Shown here: positions 28,777 through 38,283 of the stretch, in pieces
How positions within the stretch are numbered: the first letter of the stretch is position 1
Layout: the number at the start of each line of letters is the position of its first letter
Source of the DNA: a candidate division FCPU426 bacterium
Lineage (GTDB): Bacteria; Oederibacteriota; Muellerivitia; Muellerivitales; DAHXKG01
Length of the DNA stretch: 64,000 nucleotides
Direction of reading: 5' to 3'
Assembly: GCA_027366525.1 (NCBI GenBank)
Contig: DAHXKG010000003.1
Coordinates: forward strand, 72,097-136,096
Made by a program: the position numbers and the translations under genes
Notes under the pieces: generated by a model
Told to the model about the DNA's origin: nothing
What the model saw: the letters and a program-made list of their open reading frames with translations, nothing else
Databases searched by the model: none

Positions 28777-29585
28777 TGACTCGTAGCTTGAAAAGTTGAA
28801 TAAATCTTATCAAAAAGAGTCAAGTGAATCGTACCCAAAACGATTTGGTTACAATGGGTGCGAAGCTTTTGATGTAACCGAACATATACGGAAGCAATGG
28901 CTTCAGCCGTCATTAATTGGCTTCGATTGGACTTTGAAAGATATTGTCTAGATTTTTTCAAATAGCTCCAAGCGCGATCCAGCTGATAGTGGAAAAAAGC
29001 CGTGACTTGGGGTGTTGAATTATTAATTTTGTAGGGATCCAGATGAAATCGATGGAAATCGTTCATAGGTAAATATTGGCGATGGAGTGATAAATCTTCT
29101 TTGAAATCTCGAATGATATTGGTCAGTTGCAAAAAAACACCCAAGTTTTTTGCATAATTTTGATGAGCCAGATCTTTAAATCCAAATATAGACATGCTCA
29201 TAAGTCCTGGAGCAGCAGCAACATTAAGTGCATATTGGTAAAGTTGCTTAAACGTTTGAAAGGAAATGGTATAAAGGTCCGCTTCGATGCCCTTTAATAA
29301 ATTTAAAACGTAGAAATGCGATATTTGAAATTCAATAAGAACTGTAGCAAAATCTTTTAAAAAGGGATTAGGGGGCGATCCGTTTAAAGTGGCGATACAA
29401 TCTTTTCTAAATTTTTGAAATTGTCGACGTTTGGTACTTAAAGGCTTGGGAGCATCCGCTATTTCATCCGCCAACCAACAAAATCGGTATAAAATTTCAA
29501 GTGCTTGACGTTGAGAGGGAGGTAATAAAAGCAATGGAAAATAAAAACTCGTTTTTTGTTTTAATGAAGAGTATTTGGGGTTCAC
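28740..29585 (-). CDS. hpnD: squalene/phytoene synthase family, presqualene diphosphate synthase HpnD-like
   Basis: Asp-rich motif WLADEIAD; trans-isoprenyl diphosphate synthase head-to-head fold size; middle gene of the triad. Confidence 0.5.
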   Translation of the reverse strand: MNPKYSSLKQKTSFYFPLLLLPPSQRQALEILYRFCWLADEIADAPKPLSTKRRQFQKFRKDCIATLNGSPPNPFLKDFATVLIEFQISHFYVLNLLKGIEADLYTISFQTFKQLYQYALNVAAAPGLMSMSIFGFKDLAHQNYAKNLGVFLQLTNIIRDFKEDLSLHRQYLPMNDFHRFHLDPYKINNSTPQVTAFFHYQLDRAWSYLKKSRQYLSKSNRSQLMTAEAIASVYVRLHQKLRTHCNQIVLGTIHLTLFDKIYSTFQATSQCLLWKLWLREK

Positions 29586-29599
29586 AAAACCGCCTTAAA

Positions 29600-30478
29600 T
29601 TAACGTAATGATGGATTCGGTGAAAATAACATTCGAGTTAATAGCGCTATTTTTTCATAAACTTTCCAAGTTGGCTGGCTTTGAAAAACATTATACTGCA
29701 TGGCTTCGATTTTTTTTAAAATTCCTAAACCTCCAAAATAAGTTGCCTTGATTTCAAGATGAAGGCGTCCTTTAAGTAAATAGAGGAGTGGAGTTCCCTT
29801 ATTAAAGTAACACGTGGTATAGTTTGCAACATTTTTAACTAAAAGCTGGGTTTGGGAATTAAATGAAAGGGCTAAAAGATCTGGGATTGAAACCTTTGCA
29901 CGTTTTATTTCTTCGAGGGGGTAATAAATGCGGTTATTTTTAATATCACGAGAAGTATCTTGCCAAAAATTGATGAATTGTAATCCGGTACAAATAAAAT
30001 CAGAATAATAGTGTAAAAGGGGATCATGAATATCAAAAATATGAAGCAGTATTTGTCCAATAGGATTAGCACTATGCTCACAGTAAAAATGAAGTTGATT
30101 CCACGTAGTATATCGCTTTTTTTTAAGGTCCATACGAAAGGCTTGGATGAGTTTGAGTGGTAGTTGGATGGGAATTTGATAATGTTTCAAAACGAAAGCA
30201 AAGGCCATCAAAAAGGGATGGGTGGAATGTCCAAGCTGCGCTTGTTTCAAGTTCAGTTCCCATTTTTTGAGTTGTGTTAGTCGCTGGGATGCAAATTGGG
30301 GTTCATCTGCAAAATCATCAGCCGTGCGAGCAAAAGCATAGAGTGCAGAGATAGCCAATCGCTTGGATTGTGGAATAAAAAAAGAGGCCACCGGAAAATT
30401 TTCATAATGTGATCGAGCTAATGATTGACAAGCTTCAAAAGCTGGAACAAGGTGGTTAGGAATGATTTGATTATTCAA
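29600..30478 (-). CDS. hpnC: squalene/phytoene synthase family, hydroxysqualene synthase HpnC-like
   Basis: YENFPVASFF and ARTADDFADE motifs; first gene of the triad. Confidence 0.5.
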   Translation of the reverse strand: MNNQIIPNHLVPAFEACQSLARSHYENFPVASFFIPQSKRLAISALYAFARTADDFADEPQFASQRLTQLKKWELNLKQAQLGHSTHPFLMAFAFVLKHYQIPIQLPLKLIQAFRMDLKKKRYTTWNQLHFYCEHSANPIGQILLHIFDIHDPLLHYYSDFICTGLQFINFWQDTSRDIKNNRIYYPLEEIKRAKVSIPDLLALSFNSQTQLLVKNVANYTTCYFNKGTPLLYLLKGRLHLEIKATYFGGLGILKKIEAMQYNVFQSQPTWKVYEKIALLTRMLFSPNPSLR

Positions 30479-30569
30479 GGGTTTTTGTATATCTTAAAAG
30501 CAAGATAACTTAGCATAAAATGAATTTTAAAAAATTGGAATAAAAATTTTATTTAAAGAAAGTTATTTT

Positions 30570-31505
30570 TTGAACCTAAAAGAGGAAAATCGACACATAA
30601 AAGTGTTCGGGGTGATTCTTGTAATATTTTTGTGCAATATAGCTCTAGCCTTAGGCAAAATCATTATTGGAATATCAATTCAAGCGCTTTCGATGATCTC
30701 AGATGGACTGCATTCTGGTCTAGATGCAGTTTCTAACATAATGGGCTTAGCTGGAATTAAAATTTCTGAAAAACCACCAGATTTCGATCATCCCTATGGG
30801 CATCAAAAATTTGAAGTATTTGCTGCAATGGCCATTTCAGTTTTTATGGGAGTGACTTGTTTTGAAATTATTCTGAATATCCTTCATCGATTAAAACATC
30901 CTCAAATCATGCCCAAACCAACACTAATGGCTTTAGGAATCATGATCATTTCCATGGGATTGAATTTAATGATGTCATGGTATGAGCGAAAAAAAGGGAA
31001 TCAATATAATAGCCAATATCTTTGGGCCGATAGTGCTCATGTCGGAACAGATTTTTTGGCATCCGTATCCGTTTTAGTGGCGTTGATTATATCCAAATTG
31101 CACTGGGGAAACATTGATGTAATAGTCTCTGGATGGATTGTGATCATTATTTTGCGATCAGCCTATCAAATTGTTACTCAATCCCTGCAAATTTTATCTG
31201 ATCATAGTGTTTTAGATCCGGCATCGGTAGCGAGTCTTGTTACGAATATTCCCGGTATTATTTCCTGTCACAAAGTGAGAAGTCGTGGAATGCCAGGCAA
31301 TATTTTTATAGATTTACACATTCAAGTTCCAGCTCAATTGACTGTAAAACGCTCTCATCAGTTAGCGCATCAAGTGGTAGCAGTGATTAAGGAAAAAATA
31401 GCGGGTGTTAATGAAGTTTGGGTTCATACGGAACCAGCCAAACAGAGTGATTATGTCAATCGACAAAAAATATCAAAGATTAAACGGACATCAAAAACTG
31501 TTTAA
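30570..31505 (+). CDS. cation diffusion facilitator family divalent-metal efflux transporter (CzcD/FieF-like)
   Basis: HSGLDAVSN and DHPYGHQKFE CDF signature region; 6 TM plus cytoplasmic C-terminal domain. Confidence 0.8.
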   Translation: MNLKEENRHIKVFGVILVIFLCNIALALGKIIIGISIQALSMISDGLHSGLDAVSNIMGLAGIKISEKPPDFDHPYGHQKFEVFAAMAISVFMGVTCFEIILNILHRLKHPQIMPKPTLMALGIMIISMGLNLMMSWYERKKGNQYNSQYLWADSAHVGTDFLASVSVLVALIISKLHWGNIDVIVSGWIVIIILRSAYQIVTQSLQILSDHSVLDPASVASLVTNIPGIISCHKVRSRGMPGNIFIDLHIQVPAQLTVKRSHQLAHQVVAVIKEKIAGVNEVWVHTEPAKQSDYVNRQKISKIKRTSKTV

Positions 31506-31629
31506 AAATTTGTTAGTCTTTTATTAGAATTGGGCCACTTAAAAATAAAAAAGAATTATTAGTATTTTTAAGGGTTGATTTAACGATAGTTTAGAAGAGA
31601 ATAAAAAAAATATCATTTAGGGTTGCGTT

Positions 31630-33576
31630 GTGGAAATAAAACGAAATCTACAGACATTGGATGATCTTTCCTCATTGGAATGGATAGAAACCAATGGTTT
31701 GGGCAGTTTTGCATTTGGTACAGTTTCAGGGGCGCATACTCGAAGATACCATGGCTTATTTTTAGGGGCGCTTCATCCTCCGGGCGATCGCATCTTGCTT
31801 CTTTCAAAGCTGGAAGAAAGACTATATTTTGATGGACAAGCACCCGTTGATTTGGCGACCAATTATTATCCCGGTGTAACGTACCCATCGGGTTATCAGC
31901 TCATTTCGTATTTTAATACCTTTCCTTGCATTACGTGGCATTTTTCAAAGAACAATTGGAAAATTCAAAAGCAAATTTGTATGATTCAAGGCCGACAAGG
32001 TGTTTTAGTGCGATATGAACTACTAGAAGGAGAGGCTGCAGTTTTTAGTTTGGCACCCTTATTAGCGTATCGAAATTATAATAGTTTAGTTCGTGAAAAT
32101 TCATATATTAATCATACCATCAGCAATCCGGAACCCGGTATTTTTGTTTTAAATCCTTATGAAAATATGCCCGAACTTGTATTTGCGATACCGCCGAATG
32201 CTCAATTTTCATCAAGTTTAGATTGGTTCCGTAATTTCCAGTATCGTGTAGAAAAAGCACGTGGGTTTGACTTTCAAGAGGATCTGTATAATCCGGGCAT
32301 GATTTCATTAAGATTAACTCCCAAAATGCCCTTTACATTATGGGTGGGATTAGAAAAATTTTCGTCGCAACTTCCGGAAGAAGCCTTTCAGAATGAAATT
32401 CAAGAACGAATGAATAAAAATCGGAGTTATCCTTTACCCGAGATGGCCCGAGCGCTCTCAATAACTGGGGAAAAATTTTTAATACGCCGGCAAGATGGTA
32501 CACCAAGTATTTTAGCGGGATTTCCATGGTTTGAAGATTGGGGAAGAGATTGCTTTATCAGTTTACCGGGATTGTTAATCGAAACTGGAAAAACAAGACA
32601 GGCATGCGATATTCTAAAGTCTTGGATTCAGTATCTTAAAAACGGACTTTTACCTAACCGGTTTCCTGATGCGGGAGATCAAGCAGAATATAATTCTGCC
32701 GATGCGATATTTTGGTACATATGGGCTTTATCAAAGTATGTTTTAGCTTCGAACGATACCCAAACCCTTAAAGGTATTTTACCTAAAATTCAAAATGCAT
32801 TGAAAATTCTGATTCAAGGAACGATTCATGGTATTCATGTTGATTTAAATGACGGATTGATTTTTTCTGGAGAACTTGGATTTCAGTTAACTTGGATGGA
32901 TGCTAAGATTGGAAATAATGTGATTACACCTCGAATGGGGAAGCCCATAGAGATTAATGCACTCTGGATTTATGCACTCGATTTTTTAAATCAGATGTTT
33001 CCAAATGATTCGGTGTCAATAGAACTGCGTCCAATTTTAGATTTAGCTAAAAACAATTTTTTCAAAAAGTTTTGGAATGAATCCAAAGGATACTTTAATG
33101 ATGTGATTGATGGTCCACAAGGCGCGGAAACCAATTTGCGCCCAAATCAAATTATAGGGTTAGCATTAGTGCATGAAATCCTTGTTCCTGAAAAAGCGAA
33201 ACTGGCGTTAAAACAGTGTCAAGAACAACTTTTAACACCATTTGGGTTACGAACTCTTTCACCGCAGGATCCCAAGTTTCATTCAAAGTATCAAGGCAAT
33301 TCGCTGGAAAGAGACTCCGCATATCATCAAGGAACAGTTTGGCCATGGTTGCTAGGATTTTATGGTGAGTCTCTCTTGAAATTTGGAGAACAAAATAAAA
33401 TTTCAGAGTTCAAACAATTAATTTTGAATTTGCAGCAACATCTTCAAGAATTTGGGATTGATGGCATTTCAGAAGTTTTTGATGCAACGGTTCCTTTTTT
33501 ACCGGGTGGGTGTCCATTTCAAGCGTGGAGTGTAGCGGAAGTTTTTCGTATCGGTAAAATTCTTAATCTTTGGTAA
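31630..33576 (+). CDS. glycogen debranching enzyme, archaeal type (amylo-alpha-1,6-glucosidase family)
   Basis: LAGFPWFEDWGRDCFISLPGLL GDE motif; 648 aa. Confidence 0.75.
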   Translation: MEIKRNLQTLDDLSSLEWIETNGLGSFAFGTVSGAHTRRYHGLFLGALHPPGDRILLLSKLEERLYFDGQAPVDLATNYYPGVTYPSGYQLISYFNTFPCITWHFSKNNWKIQKQICMIQGRQGVLVRYELLEGEAAVFSLAPLLAYRNYNSLVRENSYINHTISNPEPGIFVLNPYENMPELVFAIPPNAQFSSSLDWFRNFQYRVEKARGFDFQEDLYNPGMISLRLTPKMPFTLWVGLEKFSSQLPEEAFQNEIQERMNKNRSYPLPEMARALSITGEKFLIRRQDGTPSILAGFPWFEDWGRDCFISLPGLLIETGKTRQACDILKSWIQYLKNGLLPNRFPDAGDQAEYNSADAIFWYIWALSKYVLASNDTQTLKGILPKIQNALKILIQGTIHGIHVDLNDGLIFSGELGFQLTWMDAKIGNNVITPRMGKPIEINALWIYALDFLNQMFPNDSVSIELRPILDLAKNNFFKKFWNESKGYFNDVIDGPQGAETNLRPNQIIGLALVHEILVPEKAKLALKQCQEQLLTPFGLRTLSPQDPKFHSKYQGNSLERDSAYHQGTVWPWLLGFYGESLLKFGEQNKISEFKQLILNLQQHLQEFGIDGISEVFDATVPFLPGGCPFQAWSVAEVFRIGKILNLW

Positions 33577-33634
33577 TAGACATTGATTGTAATTTCAAAT
33601 TTTTATCGATAGACTAATTTAGTTTGATTTGAGA

Positions 33635-33711
33635 GGACGTTTAGCTCAGTCGGTTAGAGCGTCGCGTTCACATCGCGAAGGTCACTGGTTCGAGTCCAGT
33701 AACGTCCACCA
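33635..33711 (+). tRNA. tRNA-Val (anticodon CAC), CCA encoded
   Basis: cloverleaf by eye: acceptor GGACGTT/AACGTCC, D-arm AGCTCAGTCGGTTAGAGC, anticodon stem TCGCG/CGCGA with loop TTCACAT, T-arm GGTTCGAGTCC, 3' ACCA. Confidence 0.85.
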
Positions 33712-33912
33712 TGTAATAAATGAGCGGAGAACGCTCGCTTATTGAGCATCGATATTCTAGTTTTGAAAACGAAGTTCATGTTTTTCTCGCTGGTAAAAAT
33801 TTTTCCGATGATTCCATCCTTTTAAAAACGCTTAATTGATAGCTTGGGTACCCATTAACTTTAAAGAACAAGTTAATGCATCAAACAGATGGTTAGGAAA
33901 AGTGATCTAGAG

Positions 33913-34413
33913 TTAAGTTCTATTCCCACGATAAGTTCCAGAATTCGCGGCCGTTTCCCATAATGTAAGTTCATAGAGTTGCACATTGAATTTTTGAAAA
34001 TCGGATTCAAGATAGTTCCAGATGACAATTAAAAGATTTTCAACAGTAGTTTGAAGATAAGGGTGGCTTTTAAATGGTTCAACTTCATGATTAATCAATC
34101 GATGATCAAAGCATTTATAAATTTTTTGATTCAAAATTTCTTTGAAATCTTGAAAATCCATAACGAATCCAGTTTGAGCATCGATTTTTCCCAGGATGGT
34201 TACTTTGAGTCGATACGAATGTCCATGTGGTTGATGCGCTATTTTAGGATTTTCAAGCCGATAACCGGAGCACTTTTTAAAAATAGAAAGATTTTTTTTA
34301 CGACTCCAAGCAGGGTTATGGAGATAATGAGCGGCCTCGAATCGCAGCTCGCGTGTAATTTGAATTTCGGGTGGGGATAAAAGTTTTTTATTTAGGGGTT
34401 GATGTGGATTCAA
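33913..34413 (-). CDS. queD: 6-carboxy-5,6,7,8-tetrahydropterin synthase (QueD/PTPS family)
   Basis: CxxxHGH zinc motif (CSGYRLENPKIAHQPHGHSY) and TGFVMDF block. Confidence 0.7.
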   Translation of the reverse strand: MNPHQPLNKKLLSPPEIQITRELRFEAAHYLHNPAWSRKKNLSIFKKCSGYRLENPKIAHQPHGHSYRLKVTILGKIDAQTGFVMDFQDFKEILNQKIYKCFDHRLINHEVEPFKSHPYLQTTVENLLIVIWNYLESDFQKFNVQLYELTLWETAANSGTYRGNRT

Positions 34414-34987
34414 GGGAGTATTTCCAACATCCTTTCTTTAATTTTTGGGCTGTTTGTTCCAATTTCAACAGTTTAAGCGTTTGCTTGGGTGATAAACCAG
34501 ATGAAGGCTTTAAAACGCCTAGCCCCAATTTTATGGCCCAAGCAGTAATACTTTGATGGTTTTTAATGAAAAAAAGTTGAGCATGTTGACAATTTTGTGT
34601 ATCGACCACAATGGATGGATATTCCAATTGAACAGATTGGTTTTTCAAGAGAGACCAATAAGTATAATAGTATTGAATCCATCGTTGGGTATCTTCCGGA
34701 CTTTCAAATTTGGGACGCTGAATGCCAGCAAGTTTTAACGCTGTTTGATGATTCAAGATGACAATAAAATTCCAATGCGTGGAAGTAATCAGGGCCATAG
34801 AGTTTATGGGTAGTGGAGTAGAATCAGCATGGGGGGCAGGGGGTGGAAGACATTGAGTTAATTGAGCAGCACCAAAACACGCATTGGTTGAAAAACTCAG
34901 ATTGCAAAAAGTTCCTGCTAGGGCCATGCCGGTAAAAATCCACAAAAATAATTCAACCAATAGTATTTTTATTCCATGATGAATCAT
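34388..34987 (-). CDS. signal-anchored secreted protein of unknown function, translationally coupled to nadE
   Basis: N-terminal hydrophobic segment; 4-nt overlap with nadE. Confidence 0.3.
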   Translation of the reverse strand: MIHHGIKILLVELFLWIFTGMALAGTFCNLSFSTNACFGAAQLTQCLPPPAPHADSTPLPINSMALITSTHWNFIVILNHQTALKLAGIQRPKFESPEDTQRWIQYYYTYWSLLKNQSVQLEYPSIVVDTQNCQHAQLFFIKNHQSITAWAIKLGLGVLKPSSGLSPKQTLKLLKLEQTAQKLKKGCWKYSLESTSTPK

Positions 34988-36639
34988 AAGGGCTCTATGG
35001 ATTCGTGAAATTGATGAGCAATGGGAAATCGGCGACCGATTCCAAATGATTTTGGTGTTACTTTGAGTCCAGGTGGAAGTTGATGTCGTTTGTACTCGGC
35101 ATGGTCTAATTTATCTAGAATGGATGGAATGGAAATGGAGGTGGAGTTCAAATTTTGAATTTGAGACAGCGTTTGGTTGTCTTCAACATACGCTTTTAAA
35201 ACGCGATCCAAAAGTTCATATGGAGGAAGCGAATCTTGATCCGTTTGATTTAGTTTTAGCTCAGCAGAAGGAGGTTTAGTGAAGACGGCGGTTGGAATAA
35301 AAGCTTGATTACGGTTTGCATAAGTCGCGAGCTGATAAACCATGGTTTTGGGAATATCGGCGATTACGGCTAAACCGCCACACATATCTCCATATAACGT
35401 GCAATACCCAACCGATAATTCACTTTTATTTCCTGTAGTTAAAAGTAAATAATTGAATTTGTTGGAAAAAGACATCAAAATTGTTCCTCGAATTCGAGCT
35501 TGTAAATTTTCCTCCGTAATGTCCGGTTTGGAATTTGAAAAATGAGGAGAAAAAATGCTTAGGAATTTTTTATACAATGGAGTAATAGGAATAACTTTGA
35601 ATTCAATGTTTAGGGCTTGAGATAGTTGCTGAGAGTCTAAAATGCTTCCTTTGGAAGAAAAAGGAGAAGGCAAAGTAATTCCAAGAACATTGGCGGGACC
35701 TAAAGCTTCAACAGCTAAACAGGCCACCAAAGAGGAATCAATACCACCCGATAGGCCGATTAAGGCTTTAGTGAATCCACATTTTTGGGTATAATCACGA
35801 ATACCAAGAACTAAAGCTTTGAAAATACTTTCAGTTTCTGTTTTCGAAGTGGGGTGAATATTTTTGTGAGCCGGGGTATGTGTGTCATAGGGTAGAAAGC
35901 CTTCTTGAAAATCTTTTGCAAGTTGTAAAATTTCACCTTGAGCATTTGTTATCATGCTGCATCCATCGAAAATCAATTCATCATTACCGCCGACAAGATT
36001 GCAATAGAAAACAGGAGCGTTTACTTTTTGAGCAGTTATTTTGAGAATATTTTGTCGAATCGGGAGTTTCGCCATATGAAAGGGAGAAGCGGAAAGATTA
36101 ATGAGCATATCTACATGACTAGTCATTAAAGGTTGAATTGGATTTAAATGGTATTTGGGTGGTTTGAAAAAATCAGTGTGATTCCAAATATCTTCACAAA
36201 TGGTAATCCCAATTTTGTGTCCTAGATATTCAAACGGCTTTTCAACAATCGAGGCGGGTTCAAAATAACGCGCTTCATCAAAAACATCATAGTTGGGCAA
36301 AAGCGATTTTTTTTGTACATATAAAATTGCCCCATTTTTCACAATGACGGCAGCATTATATAATGAATTTCCAGATCCTGGATTAGGAAGGATAGTTCCA
36401 AGCAAGGTTGCAAGTCCTTCACTCGAGCGCGCAATGGCCATTAGTGCTTGTTGTGCTTGATCAATAAAACTCGGACGTTCTAAAAGATCGCGCGGGGGAT
36501 ATCCGGTTAGAACTAATTCGGGAAAAACGATTAAGTCATATGATTGAGCGCGTAGCTGCTTTTGAATAGCTGCAATCTTTTGAATATTCGATTTAAAATT
36601 TCCAATAATGGTATTAATTTGGCAGAGCGCAATTTTCAT
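34984..36639 (-). CDS. nadE: glutamine-dependent NAD+ synthetase (nitrilase domain plus PP-loop NAD synthase domain)
   Basis: N-terminal CN-hydrolase domain (MKIALCQIN...); PP-loop GLSGGIDSS; 551 aa. Confidence 0.9.
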   Translation of the reverse strand: MKIALCQINTIIGNFKSNIQKIAAIQKQLRAQSYDLIVFPELVLTGYPPRDLLERPSFIDQAQQALMAIARSSEGLATLLGTILPNPGSGNSLYNAAVIVKNGAILYVQKKSLLPNYDVFDEARYFEPASIVEKPFEYLGHKIGITICEDIWNHTDFFKPPKYHLNPIQPLMTSHVDMLINLSASPFHMAKLPIRQNILKITAQKVNAPVFYCNLVGGNDELIFDGCSMITNAQGEILQLAKDFQEGFLPYDTHTPAHKNIHPTSKTETESIFKALVLGIRDYTQKCGFTKALIGLSGGIDSSLVACLAVEALGPANVLGITLPSPFSSKGSILDSQQLSQALNIEFKVIPITPLYKKFLSIFSPHFSNSKPDITEENLQARIRGTILMSFSNKFNYLLLTTGNKSELSVGYCTLYGDMCGGLAVIADIPKTMVYQLATYANRNQAFIPTAVFTKPPSAELKLNQTDQDSLPPYELLDRVLKAYVEDNQTLSQIQNLNSTSISIPSILDKLDHAEYKRHQLPPGLKVTPKSFGIGRRFPIAHQFHESIEPL

Positions 36640-36988
36640 ATTTTGAAACCAGTGCAGAAATGGTGTAAATGCCTATTTTACTTGGATTAAATTAGGATGT
36701 CAAAAAGCATTCTGCTGTTAAAAACGAATAAATCCGGTAATATTAAGAGATAACCGGATATCCATTAATCCATGGAAGGATCCGGTCAGTGATGGAACAA
36801 CGAAAAACTTTGTGGAATTGTTAAGAGGTTTTCTCTTTTGCTGAAGCCGTTTTGTGCTTTCTAGACGTCCTCAAAACCTTTCCTGCAAATAAGGAAGCAC
36901 GGTCTCTCGACCGAGGATTTCTCTAACCAATACGTCTAGATAATCTTCATTAAAATCCATTGAAATCTCGATGGATTTTAAAATCTTT

Positions 36989-38257
36989 TCAAAAATTTTT
37001 CAACATAAGCTTTTCAGTTAAAGGATGATTGATTAAGAAATTGGACAAGTCACTTTCTTCAATTAATGAAGAGTGTGAATCAGGATGAAGAGATAATGAA
37101 ATGACAAATTTTAAAATAGATTTAGATGACGGAGAGATAACGGTTAGAAAGCCACTATGATGATAAAGAATGAGCAGAAAGCTTAACAAATAAGCACCTT
37201 GATCATTGGGCATGGTGGGTAAGTTTAACGAAGGGTTTAAAATTGCTAACCACGCCTCTTGAAATAAGTTAAGCCCGTTGAATAATACTTCGATTTGAAC
37301 TTGCTGAGTCGACAGAGTCGGGTCAAAGGACAAAGAAGTTAATTGAATCGATAAAGGTTGATCAGATATTTGTAGAGCCTCTTTTAAGAGAAATTCAAAG
37401 AAGGAGTCAAACCGATTTTGGTCGACGGGGAGAGGAGGAAGATCCTTTGAAATTAAGTTATCGACACGTATAGATTTTTTATTGAGGTCTGTTTTGAATT
37501 TTTGGATCGATGAATTCAAAAGCGCTTCAAGGGATAAGGTGTTTTGAAAGACAGGTGGCTTGGAAGGAATGACAGGCCAAAAAGGATTAAGAATATCCAT
37601 AACCCGGTGCATTTTAGTTTGGATAGTTTGATAATAATTATTCCAAAATTGTGAAGAATAAAAAATGTTGTTAGGGGGAGGATCATTTTCTACCAATTCA
37701 TTTGGATTAAATTGGAGAAAAGTTTGAATGGCACGAGTGGCATGCAAGATGTAGGGATTACACACTAAAGAAAAAAGACCCAGACTAAGGATGCGGTCAG
37801 TTAACATAATATAGTGGAGTGAAGAAATTTTTTCTTTTAATAGAGAATCTCGTTCCTGTTGAATTGAAAAAAAATCTAGACTTCGCTTCAGTGTCATGGA
37901 TAAATGATTAAAATCCCAGGGTTTAGTGACATATTTGTAAATTTGCCCACTATTGACTGCTTGAATAGCGGATTCAAGGTCAGCATAGGCGGTTATAAGA
38001 ATTCGAACAATTTGTGGATGAGCCCGTCGAACTCGTTCAAGGAAATCCACCCCTTTTTCTCCGGGCATGACTTGATCGGTAATAATAATTCCGATTTCTT
38101 GTTCACACTCTTGGATAATATTCCACCCTTCTTGAGTTGAAGAGGCAGTGAAAATTGTAAATTGCTCCTCAAAGGTTTTCCTGAAATATTTTAAAGCTAG
38201 AATTTCATCATCAATATACAAGATTTTATATTGTTTGTAATTCGTAAGTGATTCCAT
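36989..38257 (-). CDS. PhcR-like response regulator: receiver domain fused to a degenerate histidine-kinase-like domain
   Basis: REC motifs (IDDEI, TDQVMP, TKPW); following domain aligns with the 16077..17354 product but lacks G1/G2 ATP-binding boxes; last gene of the methyltransferase-kinase-regulator operon. Confidence 0.6.
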   Translation of the reverse strand: MESLTNYKQYKILYIDDEILALKYFRKTFEEQFTIFTASSTQEGWNIIQECEQEIGIIITDQVMPGEKGVDFLERVRRAHPQIVRILITAYADLESAIQAVNSGQIYKYVTKPWDFNHLSMTLKRSLDFFSIQQERDSLLKEKISSLHYIMLTDRILSLGLFSLVCNPYILHATRAIQTFLQFNPNELVENDPPPNNIFYSSQFWNNYYQTIQTKMHRVMDILNPFWPVIPSKPPVFQNTLSLEALLNSSIQKFKTDLNKKSIRVDNLISKDLPPLPVDQNRFDSFFEFLLKEALQISDQPLSIQLTSLSFDPTLSTQQVQIEVLFNGLNLFQEAWLAILNPSLNLPTMPNDQGAYLLSFLLILYHHSGFLTVISPSSKSILKFVISLSLHPDSHSSLIEESDLSNFLINHPLTEKLMLKNF

Positions 38258-38283
38258 ATGGCCTCCAAAGTAGCTATTATTTT

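Noticed and set aside
33580-33910. Mobile-element integration at the tRNA-Val 3' end
   Set aside because: No integrase, no direct repeat of the tRNA 3' end and no compositional shift were seen downstream; the next gene is housekeeping queD.
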